Of a stretch of DNA of 63,748 nt, positions 45,401 to 53,354 are shown piece by piece; positions within the stretch are counted from its first letter, which is position 1; every line of letters begins with the position of its first letter. The position numbers were made by a program, and so were the translations under genes. The stretch is from Bradymonadia bacterium (GTDB lineage: Bacteria; Myxococcota_A; Bradymonadia; UBA7976; UBA1532), in contig JBKAGE010000056.1 in assembly GCA_046290225.1 (NCBI GenBank), forward strand, positions 1 to 63,748, written 5' to 3'. Under the pieces are notes generated by a model, which had not been told where the DNA came from, searched no databases, and saw only the letters and a list, made by a program, of their open reading frames with translations.

Positions 45401-47800
45401 ACCGACATCGACAGCGACGGTGACGGCCTGACCGATACCGAAGAGGCCGAGTTGGGGACCAACCCCAACAACCCCGACACCGACGAGGACGGCTTCAGCG
45501 ATGGCGAAGAGGTACGTTACGGCACCAACCCCCTCGACACCTTCGATGCCGTGGACGCCGACTTCAACACGCTGGTGGACGGCATGGGCTTCGAGTGGGG
45601 CTTCTACTCTGACGGCGTGCTCACCTACGAGAACCCTGTGGCCTTTGAAGAGGTGTCCTACTTCGACATCAACAGTGAAGAGTACTTTGGTGGCCCGGGT
45701 ACGGCTCTGGTGAGCTTGAACGGTCGACAATACTACATGGGCCAGGCACAGCTGGTCGAAACGCCCCTCACAGTCTCTCGCTCGGTCTACGTGCCCGAGG
45801 TACCAGGGCAGGGCTTCGCCCGTGTGCTCACCTTCGTCGAGAACAACAGCGATGTTCCGATGGCGGCGGAGATGAGCCTGACCACTTACATCGCTTCGGA
45901 GGGCGGCGAGAGCCTCGTGGCCAGCAGCACGGACGACGGCGCCTTCGACACCCAGGATCAATGGTTGATCACCGAAGACGTGGAGAACATCGTCGGCGAG
46001 ATCGAGCCGCTGCCCCTGCTCGGTCAGGTCTTCGCCGGGCCCAACGCCACCGTGGCCCCTGCCTTCGTGGCCCTGGGCAATTACGAGAACCGCATGACCT
46101 TCGATCTCAATGTGCCACCGAATGATCGGGTGATCTTGATGCACTTGGTCACCCGGGCTGCTGACGAAGCCACGGTGCGCAACAACGTCAACACCCTCGC
46201 GGCTCTCGGTGACGAGGTGCTGCTTGGCCTCTCAGAAGAGGAGAAGGCCGACATCATCAACTTCGACGTGGGTGGTGGTGGCGAAGGTGGCGGTGAGCCT
46301 GTGGACTCCGACGGCGATGGGGTGGTGGACAGCGCGGACAATTGCCCTGAGGTGTCGAACCCGGAGCAGGCGAACGCAGACGATGACGGGCTGGGCGACC
46401 TCTGCGACGCATGCCCCTTCGACGCGGAGAACGACCCTGACAACGACGGGGTCTGCCAGAACGTGGACAACTGCCCCGACGTGGCGAACCCGGACCAGAC
46501 AGACGACAACGGTGACGGTTTCGGTGACGACTGTGTGAGCCCTGAGGCCGACGTGGCGGACACCGCAGTCATCGGTGAGGGTGTAACGCTTGGGCCCAAC
46601 GCGGTGGTGGGTGACTTCGCCGTCGTGGGTGACGGTGCCACTGTGAACGGCACGGTGGGCGACAGCGTGCGCATCGGCGACAACACTGTGGTGGGCGCAG
46701 GCTGCGTTATCGAAAACAGCGCCATCATCGGTGCCAACGTGGGCCTCGGCGTTGATTGCTTCGTCGGTGTGCTCGCAGAGCTGCAAGATGGCTCGAGCAT
46801 CGGTGCCCGCAGTACTGTGAGCAGCCGCGCGAACCTTGGTCAGGATGCACACCTCGGCGACGACTGCACATTGGGCACCTTGAGCCGCCTGGGCGCCGAA
46901 AGCGTGCTCTCGAATGGTGCCTCCGTCGGCAGCAACACCATCATCGGCGTCCGTGCCAGCCTCGACGAGACCTCACAGGTCCAGAGCAATGTGCACATTG
47001 GAGATGACATCGACTTGGGCTTTGCTGCGGTGGTGGAGAGCAATGCCATCGTGGGCAACAACGCCATCGTGGGCCCCAGCTCGGTCATCGGTGACTACGT
47101 CGTAATCGGTGACAACTTCTTCATGGGCATCGACGCCGAGATGGCCGCGGGTGCCGTTGCTGGCAACCTGTGCTTCGTCGGCGGGGGGGCTGAGGTTCGA
47201 GGCACCCTCGGCGACCGCGTTTCTGTAGGAGCGACCTCTTTCGTCGGCAACCAGAGCAATGTGCTCGATGGGTGTGTGCTCGACGACAATGTCACCCTGG
47301 GCATCTTCGTGAGCCTCGGGGCGCGGTGCAGCATCAGTGAGAGCGTGGCCATCTACGATGGGGTCATCCTGGCAGAGGACATCAACGTGGGGGCCCGGAG
47401 CATCATCTTGTTCCGCACCACCATCGGCGCCAACAGCACCGTGGGCACCGACGCCATCATCGATGAGCAGGTCACCATCGGTGCGGGCTTCAGCCTCGGC
47501 AACAACAGCCGCCTGTGGCCTCGCTCTACATATGCAGATCAGGTGACCATCGGAAACAATGTGCTCATCCGCGACACCGCTGACGTAGGCCATAACGTCG
47601 TCATCGAGAATGAGGTGATCATCTACCCCAGCACCACCATCGGCGATGGGGCGATCATTCGCTCCGGTGTCAACCTCGGCGCCGAGGTCTGCGAGCGCCG
47701 CACGTGTGGTGAGGTCGACGTCGGCCCTTGCCAGGATGTCGCGGCTGATCTCAGCCCCCGCGCCACATTGCCCGATGTCTGTGAGGCCCCTTTGCAGTGA
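42410..47800 (+). CDS. Giant secreted acidic protein: four repeats of a ~200-aa domain, DxDGDG/thrombospondin type 3 repeats, C-terminal hexapeptide left-handed beta-helix
   Basis: Signal peptide; four D(G)xGxxW...SRxxYVP...GFxRxL...WxxTDD...RxIxM units; DTDGDG runs; DNCPxVxNPxQ; about 400 aa of [VI]GxxxxIG hexads. Confidence 0.85.
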   Translation: MKNLCCLLACALCAGWATVAQSQGSHDFFNSDIVLTDGLGFDWDFEDDGRINDGHSDTYDGAYVLYVNGVEYVGGASADSELAGRQFAYPAILEPASGLLVSRKVYVPDAAGQGFARILNILENPTGAGVYTSVVLTSDMGSDSDTRIVAESADDGLFNRWDNWLITDDDVSNGGDSTAGHIFANERVVARHQRASLDDDVFSVRYTVTVPANGRVILMTLATQGSNPTTTRNQVDGLVLLGADVQSGLTAEEMRDIVNFPLAVDGDGDGLSDAFEDAHGTQSESNDSDGDFLRDGYEFVHGFDPLVADDVNLDLDGDELSTFHEMALRTDPRDPDTDGDGLTDGQEDANRNTEINFDETNPLLADTDGGGVDDGTEVGLGSNPLNPIDDLVPWPGTIELFDSDGYLWDIEAEGSISDGTDDAFDSGGELWVNGTEYAGTGQISRSLNGREIYFPPVPEIELSLMISRKVYVPAGDGLGFVRVLNIIENVGFEAADTGVQIISNMGSDAGTVLVASSLNDGAFTTADNWLITDDETNPGDDPAVGQLIAGPNSRLRPVAATLDRDDITTDYFVRVHPGQRVIIMHLMTQANAQATAQNKVDALYNLGIEVTFGIPQDELDDIYNFSFAPDADGDGLSDEEEELLGLNPNSPDTDGDGLPDGYEHRDEILRPDFPGDALLDFDGDGLDALTEYTLGTDSSARDTDLDGLLDGQEDANQNGAIDEGETNPLLPDTDSGGISDGEEVLYAGSDPTDADDEIGIGVGNTHLLIDRDGYRWDIRPDGGVHSGTEHAFDHGFAVSVDGEQYAGTGAGARSLGGQQLYLPRQTLAEAPITISRKIYVPGDEVPQGFFRILTILENSAEADFVGTVSLRTDLGGDEGTLLLSSSENDGVVDAQDRWVATDDSAIINGAAVGQVFSGEGAQVNPSQITQMPVGVITADYNVTVPAEGRIILMHLGVQNVSRDDVVTNTIAVAALPPEVLAGLTNAERADIVNFALATDIDSDGDGLTDTEEAELGTNPNNPDTDEDGFSDGEEVRYGTNPLDTFDAVDADFNTLVDGMGFEWGFYSDGVLTYENPVAFEEVSYFDINSEEYFGGPGTALVSLNGRQYYMGQAQLVETPLTVSRSVYVPEVPGQGFARVLTFVENNSDVPMAAEMSLTTYIASEGGESLVASSTDDGAFDTQDQWLITEDVENIVGEIEPLPLLGQVFAGPNATVAPAFVALGNYENRMTFDLNVPPNDRVILMHLVTRAADEATVRNNVNTLAALGDEVLLGLSEEEKADIINFDVGGGGEGGGEPVDSDGDGVVDSADNCPEVSNPEQANADDDGLGDLCDACPFDAENDPDNDGVCQNVDNCPDVANPDQTDDNGDGFGDDCVSPEADVADTAVIGEGVTLGPNAVVGDFAVVGDGATVNGTVGDSVRIGDNTVVGAGCVIENSAIIGANVGLGVDCFVGVLAELQDGSSIGARSTVSSRANLGQDAHLGDDCTLGTLSRLGAESVLSNGASVGSNTIIGVRASLDETSQVQSNVHIGDDIDLGFAAVVESNAIVGNNAIVGPSSVIGDYVVIGDNFFMGIDAEMAAGAVAGNLCFVGGGAEVRGTLGDRVSVGATSFVGNQSNVLDGCVLDDNVTLGIFVSLGARCSISESVAIYDGVILAEDINVGARSIILFRTTIGANSTVGTDAIIDEQVTIGAGFSLGNNSRLWPRSTYADQVTIGNNVLIRDTADVGHNVVIENEVIIYPSTTIGDGAIIRSGVNLGAEVCERRTCGEVDVGPCQDVAADLSPRATLPDVCEAPLQ

Positions 47801-47851
47801 TCCATGCGCAGGTGTTGGTATGACCCGTGATCCCAGGGTATGTTGCCTGCG

Positions 47852-49831
47852 ATGACATCCCACACCCGCAAACCTGATGAAACTGCAGACTTCTCCACCG
47901 AGGGAGAGGCTGCTGCCCCCATCGGCGCAGCTGAGACTGCAGGTGCCCCTAGTGCAGGTGCCCCTAGTGCAGGTGCCCCTGTAGAGGGTGGCCGCAAAGC
48001 CACTTTGCCGTACCCCGACATTGTGGGGGAGACGGCGGCCCAGCCTGCCCCTGCCCCTGCGGTCGTATCAAGCCCACCCTCAGAGCCAACAGCGGCCGAG
48101 ACGGTGCCTCTGGCAGGCACCTCATATGTTCTGAAGAGCCGGCTCGGCGCTGGTGGGATGGGTGAGGTGTATCTCGGCGAGCACCGTGAGCTGGGCCGCG
48201 AGGTGGCCATCAAGCTGCTCAAGCCCCGCATCGCCGAAGATGACGCCGCCATGGAGCGTCTGCGTCGCGAAGCGCGGGCTGCAGCCCGCATCGGGAACCC
48301 TCACATCATCGATGTCTACGATTTGGGCATCTCCGACGATGGCCAGCCCTATGTGGTGATGAAGCTGCTCGAGGGCCGCGACCTCCTCACGATCATGCAG
48401 GAAGACGCCCCCCTGCAGCCTCGGCGTGTGGTCCACCTCTGCAAGCAGATCGGCAGCGCCTTGAGGGCAGCACACGGCGCAGGCATCGTGCACCGTGATC
48501 TCAAGCCAGAGAACATCATCGTCGAGGTGGGCCTGAGCGGCGAGTCGGCCATCGTGCTCGACTTCGGCATCGCCCACACCCTCGCAGACACCGAGACTCG
48601 ACTGACCCGAGAGGGTGAGGTGATGGGCACTCCGGGCTATATGGCCCCGGAGCAGGCCATGGGTGAGCCTGTGGACGGCCGCGCGGATCAATACAGCCTG
48701 GCGGTCATCTGCTATGAGCTGCTCGCAGGCACATCACCCTATGAGCGCCAGGGTGCGCTGCAGGTCATCGCTGCGCAAATCACTCAGCCCCCACGACCGC
48801 TCTCGCAGTTCGTCGATCAGGCTGTGGTTTCACCTGCACTCCAGGCTGTGGTGATGCGGGGCATGAGCCGATATCCCGCTGATCGATACGCCGATGCGTG
48901 GTCGTTCATCGAAGCCCTCGAGGGTGCCCTCACCGCGGAGTCGGCGGAGACCCGCGTCGTCGTCGCCGAGCCTGCAGGGACCCCACCTGCCATTCGAGGC
49001 GGGCTGCTGGCGTTGGGGCTGCTGGGGCTTGCTGCGGCAGGTTACTTCGGCATCCAGGCCTTCGGTGGCAAAGACCAGGGAGCTGACGCGGGTGTTGCCG
49101 GATCTGCTGTACCCGCAACCTCTCAAAAGCAGCCAGATGGTGCGCTTGTCGCAGCTCGTTCAGATGCTGCTGTGCCCAAGGCTGCAGTAGACGCCACAGC
49201 ACCTGAGGCGACTGCACCTGATGCACGTGTGCCCGATGCGAGCGGGCCTGACGCAGCTGTGCCAGATACCGCCCCTGCAGTGGTCGCCCGAAGCGCCCCA
49301 AAGGGCCGTCGCGCTGCGCGGCGTCGACGTGTGGTGGCGAGCCCGAAGCCGGACCCGGTCGCTACGCCGGAGCCCCCTCAGCCAGAGCCCCCGAAGCCTG
49401 TCGTCGCACCGGAGCTGACGCCTGCAGAGGTGAAGCCCAAGCCCGAGACGCCGAAGCCCGAAGTGGTGGCCACCACCCCTGCGAAGCCGCCGCCGAAGGT
49501 CGAGCCGCCACCCCCAGCGGCGCCGCCTGAGCTCTTCATCGGCAGCCCCCGCATCCGCGGCGATGCCAGTGGGCGCACCGTGAGCAAGGCCATCAACCGG
49601 GCGAAGAGCGCGTTGAAGCTCTGCGCCAGCACAGGGGCGGTGGGGGTGACGGCGAAGGTGAAGTTCATCGCCGACGAAGAGGGTTTCTTCGACGAGTTCT
49701 CCGTCGCCTCTGGCGATCAGGCACTGGGCCAGTGTGCCATCAAGGCGCTCCGCCGAGTACAGCGACTGGACCAGCGACCCGATACAGGCATCGTGGAGAT
49801 CGAAGTCCCCCTGACGATCAAGGCGCCCTGA
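47852..49831 (+). CDS. Ser/Thr protein kinase with TM, Pro-rich linker and C-terminal AgmX/PglI (TonB-C-like) domain
   Basis: LGAGGMGEVY, VAIK, HRDLKPEN, DFG, APE; C-terminal LKLC...QCAIKAL...IEVPL. Confidence 0.9.
   Translation: MTSHTRKPDETADFSTEGEAAAPIGAAETAGAPSAGAPSAGAPVEGGRKATLPYPDIVGETAAQPAPAPAVVSSPPSEPTAAETVPLAGTSYVLKSRLGAGGMGEVYLGEHRELGREVAIKLLKPRIAEDDAAMERLRREARAAARIGNPHIIDVYDLGISDDGQPYVVMKLLEGRDLLTIMQEDAPLQPRRVVHLCKQIGSALRAAHGAGIVHRDLKPENIIVEVGLSGESAIVLDFGIAHTLADTETRLTREGEVMGTPGYMAPEQAMGEPVDGRADQYSLAVICYELLAGTSPYERQGALQVIAAQITQPPRPLSQFVDQAVVSPALQAVVMRGMSRYPADRYADAWSFIEALEGALTAESAETRVVVAEPAGTPPAIRGGLLALGLLGLAAAGYFGIQAFGGKDQGADAGVAGSAVPATSQKQPDGALVAARSDAAVPKAAVDATAPEATAPDARVPDASGPDAAVPDTAPAVVARSAPKGRRAARRRRVVASPKPDPVATPEPPQPEPPKPVVAPELTPAEVKPKPETPKPEVVATTPAKPPPKVEPPPPAAPPELFIGSPRIRGDASGRTVSKAINRAKSALKLCASTGAVGVTAKVKFIADEEGFFDEFSVASGDQALGQCAIKALRRVQRLDQRPDTGIVEIEVPLTIKAP
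47938..47981 (+). repeat. In-frame 15-bp tandem repeat (TGCAGGTGCCCCTAG x3) in the kinase N-terminus
   Basis: Directly visible; encodes AGAPS repeats. Confidence 0.8.
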
Positions 49832-50286
49832 TGCGTATCCTGCTCTCGCCGATGGCTGTGCCCATGATGATGGCCATGCTCGCCGGGTGTGGCGACGAGT
49901 CATTGCTCGCCCCCGAGGTGGGAGAGCCCCGCATCCCAGACGGTCGCACCTGCTTCGCCGAAGACTCGGATCCTGATGTGGATGTGAGCTTTCAAGTGCT
50001 CGTGGCCCAGGTCCTGGAGCCGCGCTGTAGCTGCCATACAATCAGCGGTGGTCTGGGCCAGGTGGTGGGTCGCCTGAACCTCGCCAACTACGATGCTGCC
50101 CTCTCGGGCGGTGTACGGGCGGGGGACGAGACGATCATCCCCGGTGATCCGTGCGGCAGCGCCCTCTATTTGAAGACCACCGACACGCCGCCTTTCGGGG
50201 CTCGCATGCCCTTCGACGGCACGGGCATTCGACCTGAAGAGCAACAGATGATCATCGACTGGATCGCTGACGGCGCCCTGCCATGA
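49831..50286 (+). CDS. Cytochrome c-like lipoprotein (planctomycete cytochrome c-like), CxCH motif
   Basis: Lipobox LAGC; VLEPRCSCH, LNLANY, IIPGDPCGSALY, RMP, IIDWIADGA; TGATG coupling to the kinase. Confidence 0.75.
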   Translation: MRILLSPMAVPMMMAMLAGCGDESLLAPEVGEPRIPDGRTCFAEDSDPDVDVSFQVLVAQVLEPRCSCHTISGGLGQVVGRLNLANYDAALSGGVRAGDETIIPGDPCGSALYLKTTDTPPFGARMPFDGTGIRPEEQQMIIDWIADGALP

Positions 50287-50317
50287 GGGCGCCTTGCGGG
50301 AATGAGGAGCATCGCCT

Positions 50318-51421
50318 GTGAACGTCACCTTGCTGGGCCTCGCTGTGGCCCTCCTCGGCGATCTCAACGTCGCGGGCAGCGTCTACTTGAATCAGCCGAC
50401 GTTGTTCAGAGGTGGAGAAGAGGTGGAGACGGTCACCGGGCAGACGGCCCGTGGGCTCAACGCCGAGACCTCGCTCAAGCTCATCGCCGACGTCGACGAT
50501 CACGTCACGGTGCAGGCGAAGATGTGCTACGGCTGCCATGGCCTCATCACCGACATGGCCTACGTCGACTACACGATAGATGAGGCGCTGGTGGTCCGGG
50601 CTGGCCGGTTCCCTGTGCCCTTTGGCGGGTTCTACCTTCGGTATGATCCGGCGAACCACAAGACGGCAAGCAAGCCGCTGCCCTATGAGATGGGCCGCAT
50701 GCTCCGGCGCAATCAGTTCAACCTCGCCGTCGTGCCCGAGCCCTACCCCGACAATGGCATCCAGCTCACGGGGCAGCTTCGAGGCGATGCGGCGCAGTTC
50801 CGCTATGCGCTCTATGCGGTGGCTGGCCTGAAGGGCAACGCCAACGTCGGAGATCTCGACTTCATCCAGAGCCGGAACGAGTACTTCGCCGACAACAACC
50901 GCACGCCCACAGTGGGGGCTCGAGCCACGCTGGCCTTCTTCAAGGTGTGGATGTTCCGGGTACTTGAGGTGGGTCTGAGTGGTCTGTGGGGTCACTACGA
51001 CGAAGACGGTGAACTCTACTATGGCATGGCTGGGGTGGATCTCTACGCCCGCATCGGGAAGGTGGGCATCCGCGCCGAAGTGCTGGGCAGGCGCACTGAG
51101 ATCCCCAACGAGCCCACACGATTCAGACAACAGCTCGTCGATTTGTGGGTGCAGCGCGAGGCTTTCTATCTGGCCTTCGAGGGCCCCATCATAGGCCGCA
51201 CCTTGGAGTGGGTGCTGCGCTGGGACGGCTTCCGAAGATCAGGCCCAGTGCCCATCGCGCTCGATCTGCCCGACGAGGAGAGCAGCATCTTGAGATACAC
51301 GGGTGGCATCGTCTACTCACCGACGCGGTCCATAGGCTTCAAGATCAACTACGAGCTGTGGGACTTCGACGACTTCGACGACGAGCATCTGCTACACACA
51401 GGTGTGGTGGGTACGTTCTAG
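50318..51421 (+). CDS. Outer-membrane beta-barrel (porin-like) protein containing CYGCHG
   Basis: DMAYVDY...VRAGRFPVPFG porin-type motif, amphipathic strands, C-terminal Phe; GAGGAG RBS before GTG. Confidence 0.75.
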   Translation: MNVTLLGLAVALLGDLNVAGSVYLNQPTLFRGGEEVETVTGQTARGLNAETSLKLIADVDDHVTVQAKMCYGCHGLITDMAYVDYTIDEALVVRAGRFPVPFGGFYLRYDPANHKTASKPLPYEMGRMLRRNQFNLAVVPEPYPDNGIQLTGQLRGDAAQFRYALYAVAGLKGNANVGDLDFIQSRNEYFADNNRTPTVGARATLAFFKVWMFRVLEVGLSGLWGHYDEDGELYYGMAGVDLYARIGKVGIRAEVLGRRTEIPNEPTRFRQQLVDLWVQREAFYLAFEGPIIGRTLEWVLRWDGFRRSGPVPIALDLPDEESSILRYTGGIVYSPTRSIGFKINYELWDFDDFDDEHLLHTGVVGTF

Positions 51422-51445
51422 GACCGTTCCGGTCCAGGAGGCACG

Positions 51446-52069
51446 ATGGCCAAAAGACGCGATCTCGATCCGCACCGCCGCCGCCTGTTGTTGCAGATGG
51501 CCGGAGGCACGATGGTGATGGGCAGCGCGGGCCTCTGGCTCCCGGGTTGCGAGGCGCCACGGACCGACGGGCTGGTGCCACCCCATGATGGTGGCGTCGA
51601 TCATGACGCTGCTTTTTTGCCCCAAATCGACGTCGACGCCCTCAGATCAGAGGTGTGGATGGAGGATCGGGCGATTCAGGCCTACGAGGTGCTCGGGCCA
51701 GGCCTCTCGGAGCCCCTGCAGCCTGTGGCGCAGCTGTTCCGTGATCATCACTGGGCCCATCGCCAGGATGGCCGGGACAAGCTCGAGGCCATGGGGGTGA
51801 CGCCCCCTGCTGCGCCGACGGAGCTCCCGGAGAACATGCCGGATCTCGAGGAAGGCGACATCCCGATCCTGGAGTACGCGCTCCTCCTGGAGATTCAGTC
51901 GGTCCGATCTTATATGGGCCTCATCGCTCAGATGCAGCGAGACAGCCACCGCTACGCCTCGTCGAATATTCTGGGGAGCGAGCTGAGCCACGTGCTCGCG
52001 CTCCAGGCGGCCCTGGGCGATGGGCAGCCTCAGGTGGTGGGTTTTGTGACGGACATCTTGGAAGAGTGA
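51446..52069 (+). CDS. Tat-exported ferritin-like lipoprotein
   Basis: RRRLL leader plus LPGC; EDRAIQAY, DHHWAH, EIQSVRSY, ELSH di-metal pattern; AGGAGG RBS. Confidence 0.8.
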   Translation: MAKRRDLDPHRRRLLLQMAGGTMVMGSAGLWLPGCEAPRTDGLVPPHDGGVDHDAAFLPQIDVDALRSEVWMEDRAIQAYEVLGPGLSEPLQPVAQLFRDHHWAHRQDGRDKLEAMGVTPPAAPTELPENMPDLEEGDIPILEYALLLEIQSVRSYMGLIAQMQRDSHRYASSNILGSELSHVLALQAALGDGQPQVVGFVTDILEE

Positions 52070-52256
52070 GCATCCCCCACAAAAGATCGCATCTCTGAAA
52101 CCCCCCTGCTTCTAAAACATCCACCATTATCTCAGCTCACATGACAGTCCCTCTTGACGTCGTGGGGGCACAACCCGATATACAGTGCCGGCATCTGATG
52201 GCTCGCCGAGCGGGTCTACGCTGAGCACTGACGTCGGGCATTGACGAGGGAAGACC

Positions 52257-52586
52257 GTGAGCGATCCAAACAAGCCGGATGATCCCAGGCACGAGGAAGA
52301 TCTCGACGTTGTCACTCGACGGAAGGTGGAGCGCCCCCCGCTCTACCGCGTGATCTTCCACAATGACGATTACACGACCCGCGATTTTGTGGTGATGGTG
52401 CTGATGCGCTTCTTCCACAAGAGCCACAGCGAGGCGACGACGGTGATGCTCCACGTGCACACGAAGGGCGCTGGGGTGGCGGGGGTGTACCCCCTGGACA
52501 TCGCCCGCACGAAGGTGGCGATCGTGGAGAAGCTGGCCCGAGAGCACGAGATGCCCCTGAAGCTCTCCATGGAGCCTGATGACTAA
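52257..52586 (+). CDS. clpS: ATP-dependent Clp protease adaptor ClpS
   Basis: PPLYRVIFHNDDYTT, MLHVHTKG, IARTKV, PLKLSMEP. Confidence 0.96.
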   Translation: MSDPNKPDDPRHEEDLDVVTRRKVERPPLYRVIFHNDDYTTRDFVVMVLMRFFHKSHSEATTVMLHVHTKGAGVAGVYPLDIARTKVAIVEKLAREHEMPLKLSMEPDD

Positions 52587-52589
52587 TCA

Positions 52590-52752
52590 CTCCGGCGCTG
52601 CGGCGGCGTCAGCCGCCGTGACGCCGGCGATCTCGTGCACAGGCACGACTTTTCCGTCCTCGGCGAAGCGCTGCTGCGCCTGCGGGTGAAAGCCCGCATC
52701 TGAACGAGAACTCACCGACCTCACGACGACTGCCACCACCTCCGCGCCTCCG
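52590..52752 (-). repeat. Long-hairpin interspersed repeat, copy 2
   Basis: Near-identical to the copy at 63490, with a shorter apical loop and a decayed inner right arm. Confidence 0.88.
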
Positions 52753-53186
52753 CGGGGCACGTGCATACGTTTGCTCCAGCTTTGTGGGAGGGCGGGGAGG
52801 GTTGGCCTTTTGTGTCTCCGCGGGGCACGTGTGCGTTGTTGCTTTGGTTGTGTCGACCGACCTTTTTATTTTTGCCCAGTGACCCCTCTGAGCGTGTTTG
52901 CCTACCTACACAAACACCATGTCAACTAGACGAATGTTCAAGTGTTTTGTCCCCGTCACCCAATCACCAGCACCCCCGACAGGCATCAACCAGCCCCAAG
53001 CCCAACCTCCATCCAACAGCCTCACATCCTGGCCCCACCCTTCATCCGTGAAGTAACATCGAATCAGCCCGTCCAAGTGAGGCATCACTGTCAGATAAAG
53101 GTCCCCACCCCAAGATCCCGTATCTGAAAAAAGGTGGAGCCTTATCGCGCCAGAAGCATCCCTCACGTAGGGCCGTGAACCGCGGA

Positions 53187-53343
53187 GTGGCGTAGGCGCC
53201 GGTTGTGGCCGGCTGCGTCGTGAGGCGGAGTGCTCAGGTGGTGATTCACCCGCAGGCGTGGCCGGAGGCCACGTCGAGGAGGAAAGCGCCGCCTGAGCGC
53301 TGCGGATCGCGTCGCAGACGGTCGCAAACGGAGCCGGAGCCAC
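53187..53343 (+). repeat. Long-hairpin interspersed repeat, divergent copy in the opposite orientation
   Basis: Core TTCACCCGCAGGCG...CGTCGAGGAGGAAA matches the reverse complement of the core in the 52590 and 63490 copies; arms pair with G-T wobbles on the + strand. Confidence 0.7.
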
Positions 53344-53354
53344 GGAGCAAGAGT

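Noticed and set aside
52906..53343. 145-aa minus-strand ORF between clpS and clpA as a gene
   Set aside because: Its 5' part is the hairpin repeat; the remainder has no RBS or recognisable motif. Kept only as possible cargo in the finding.
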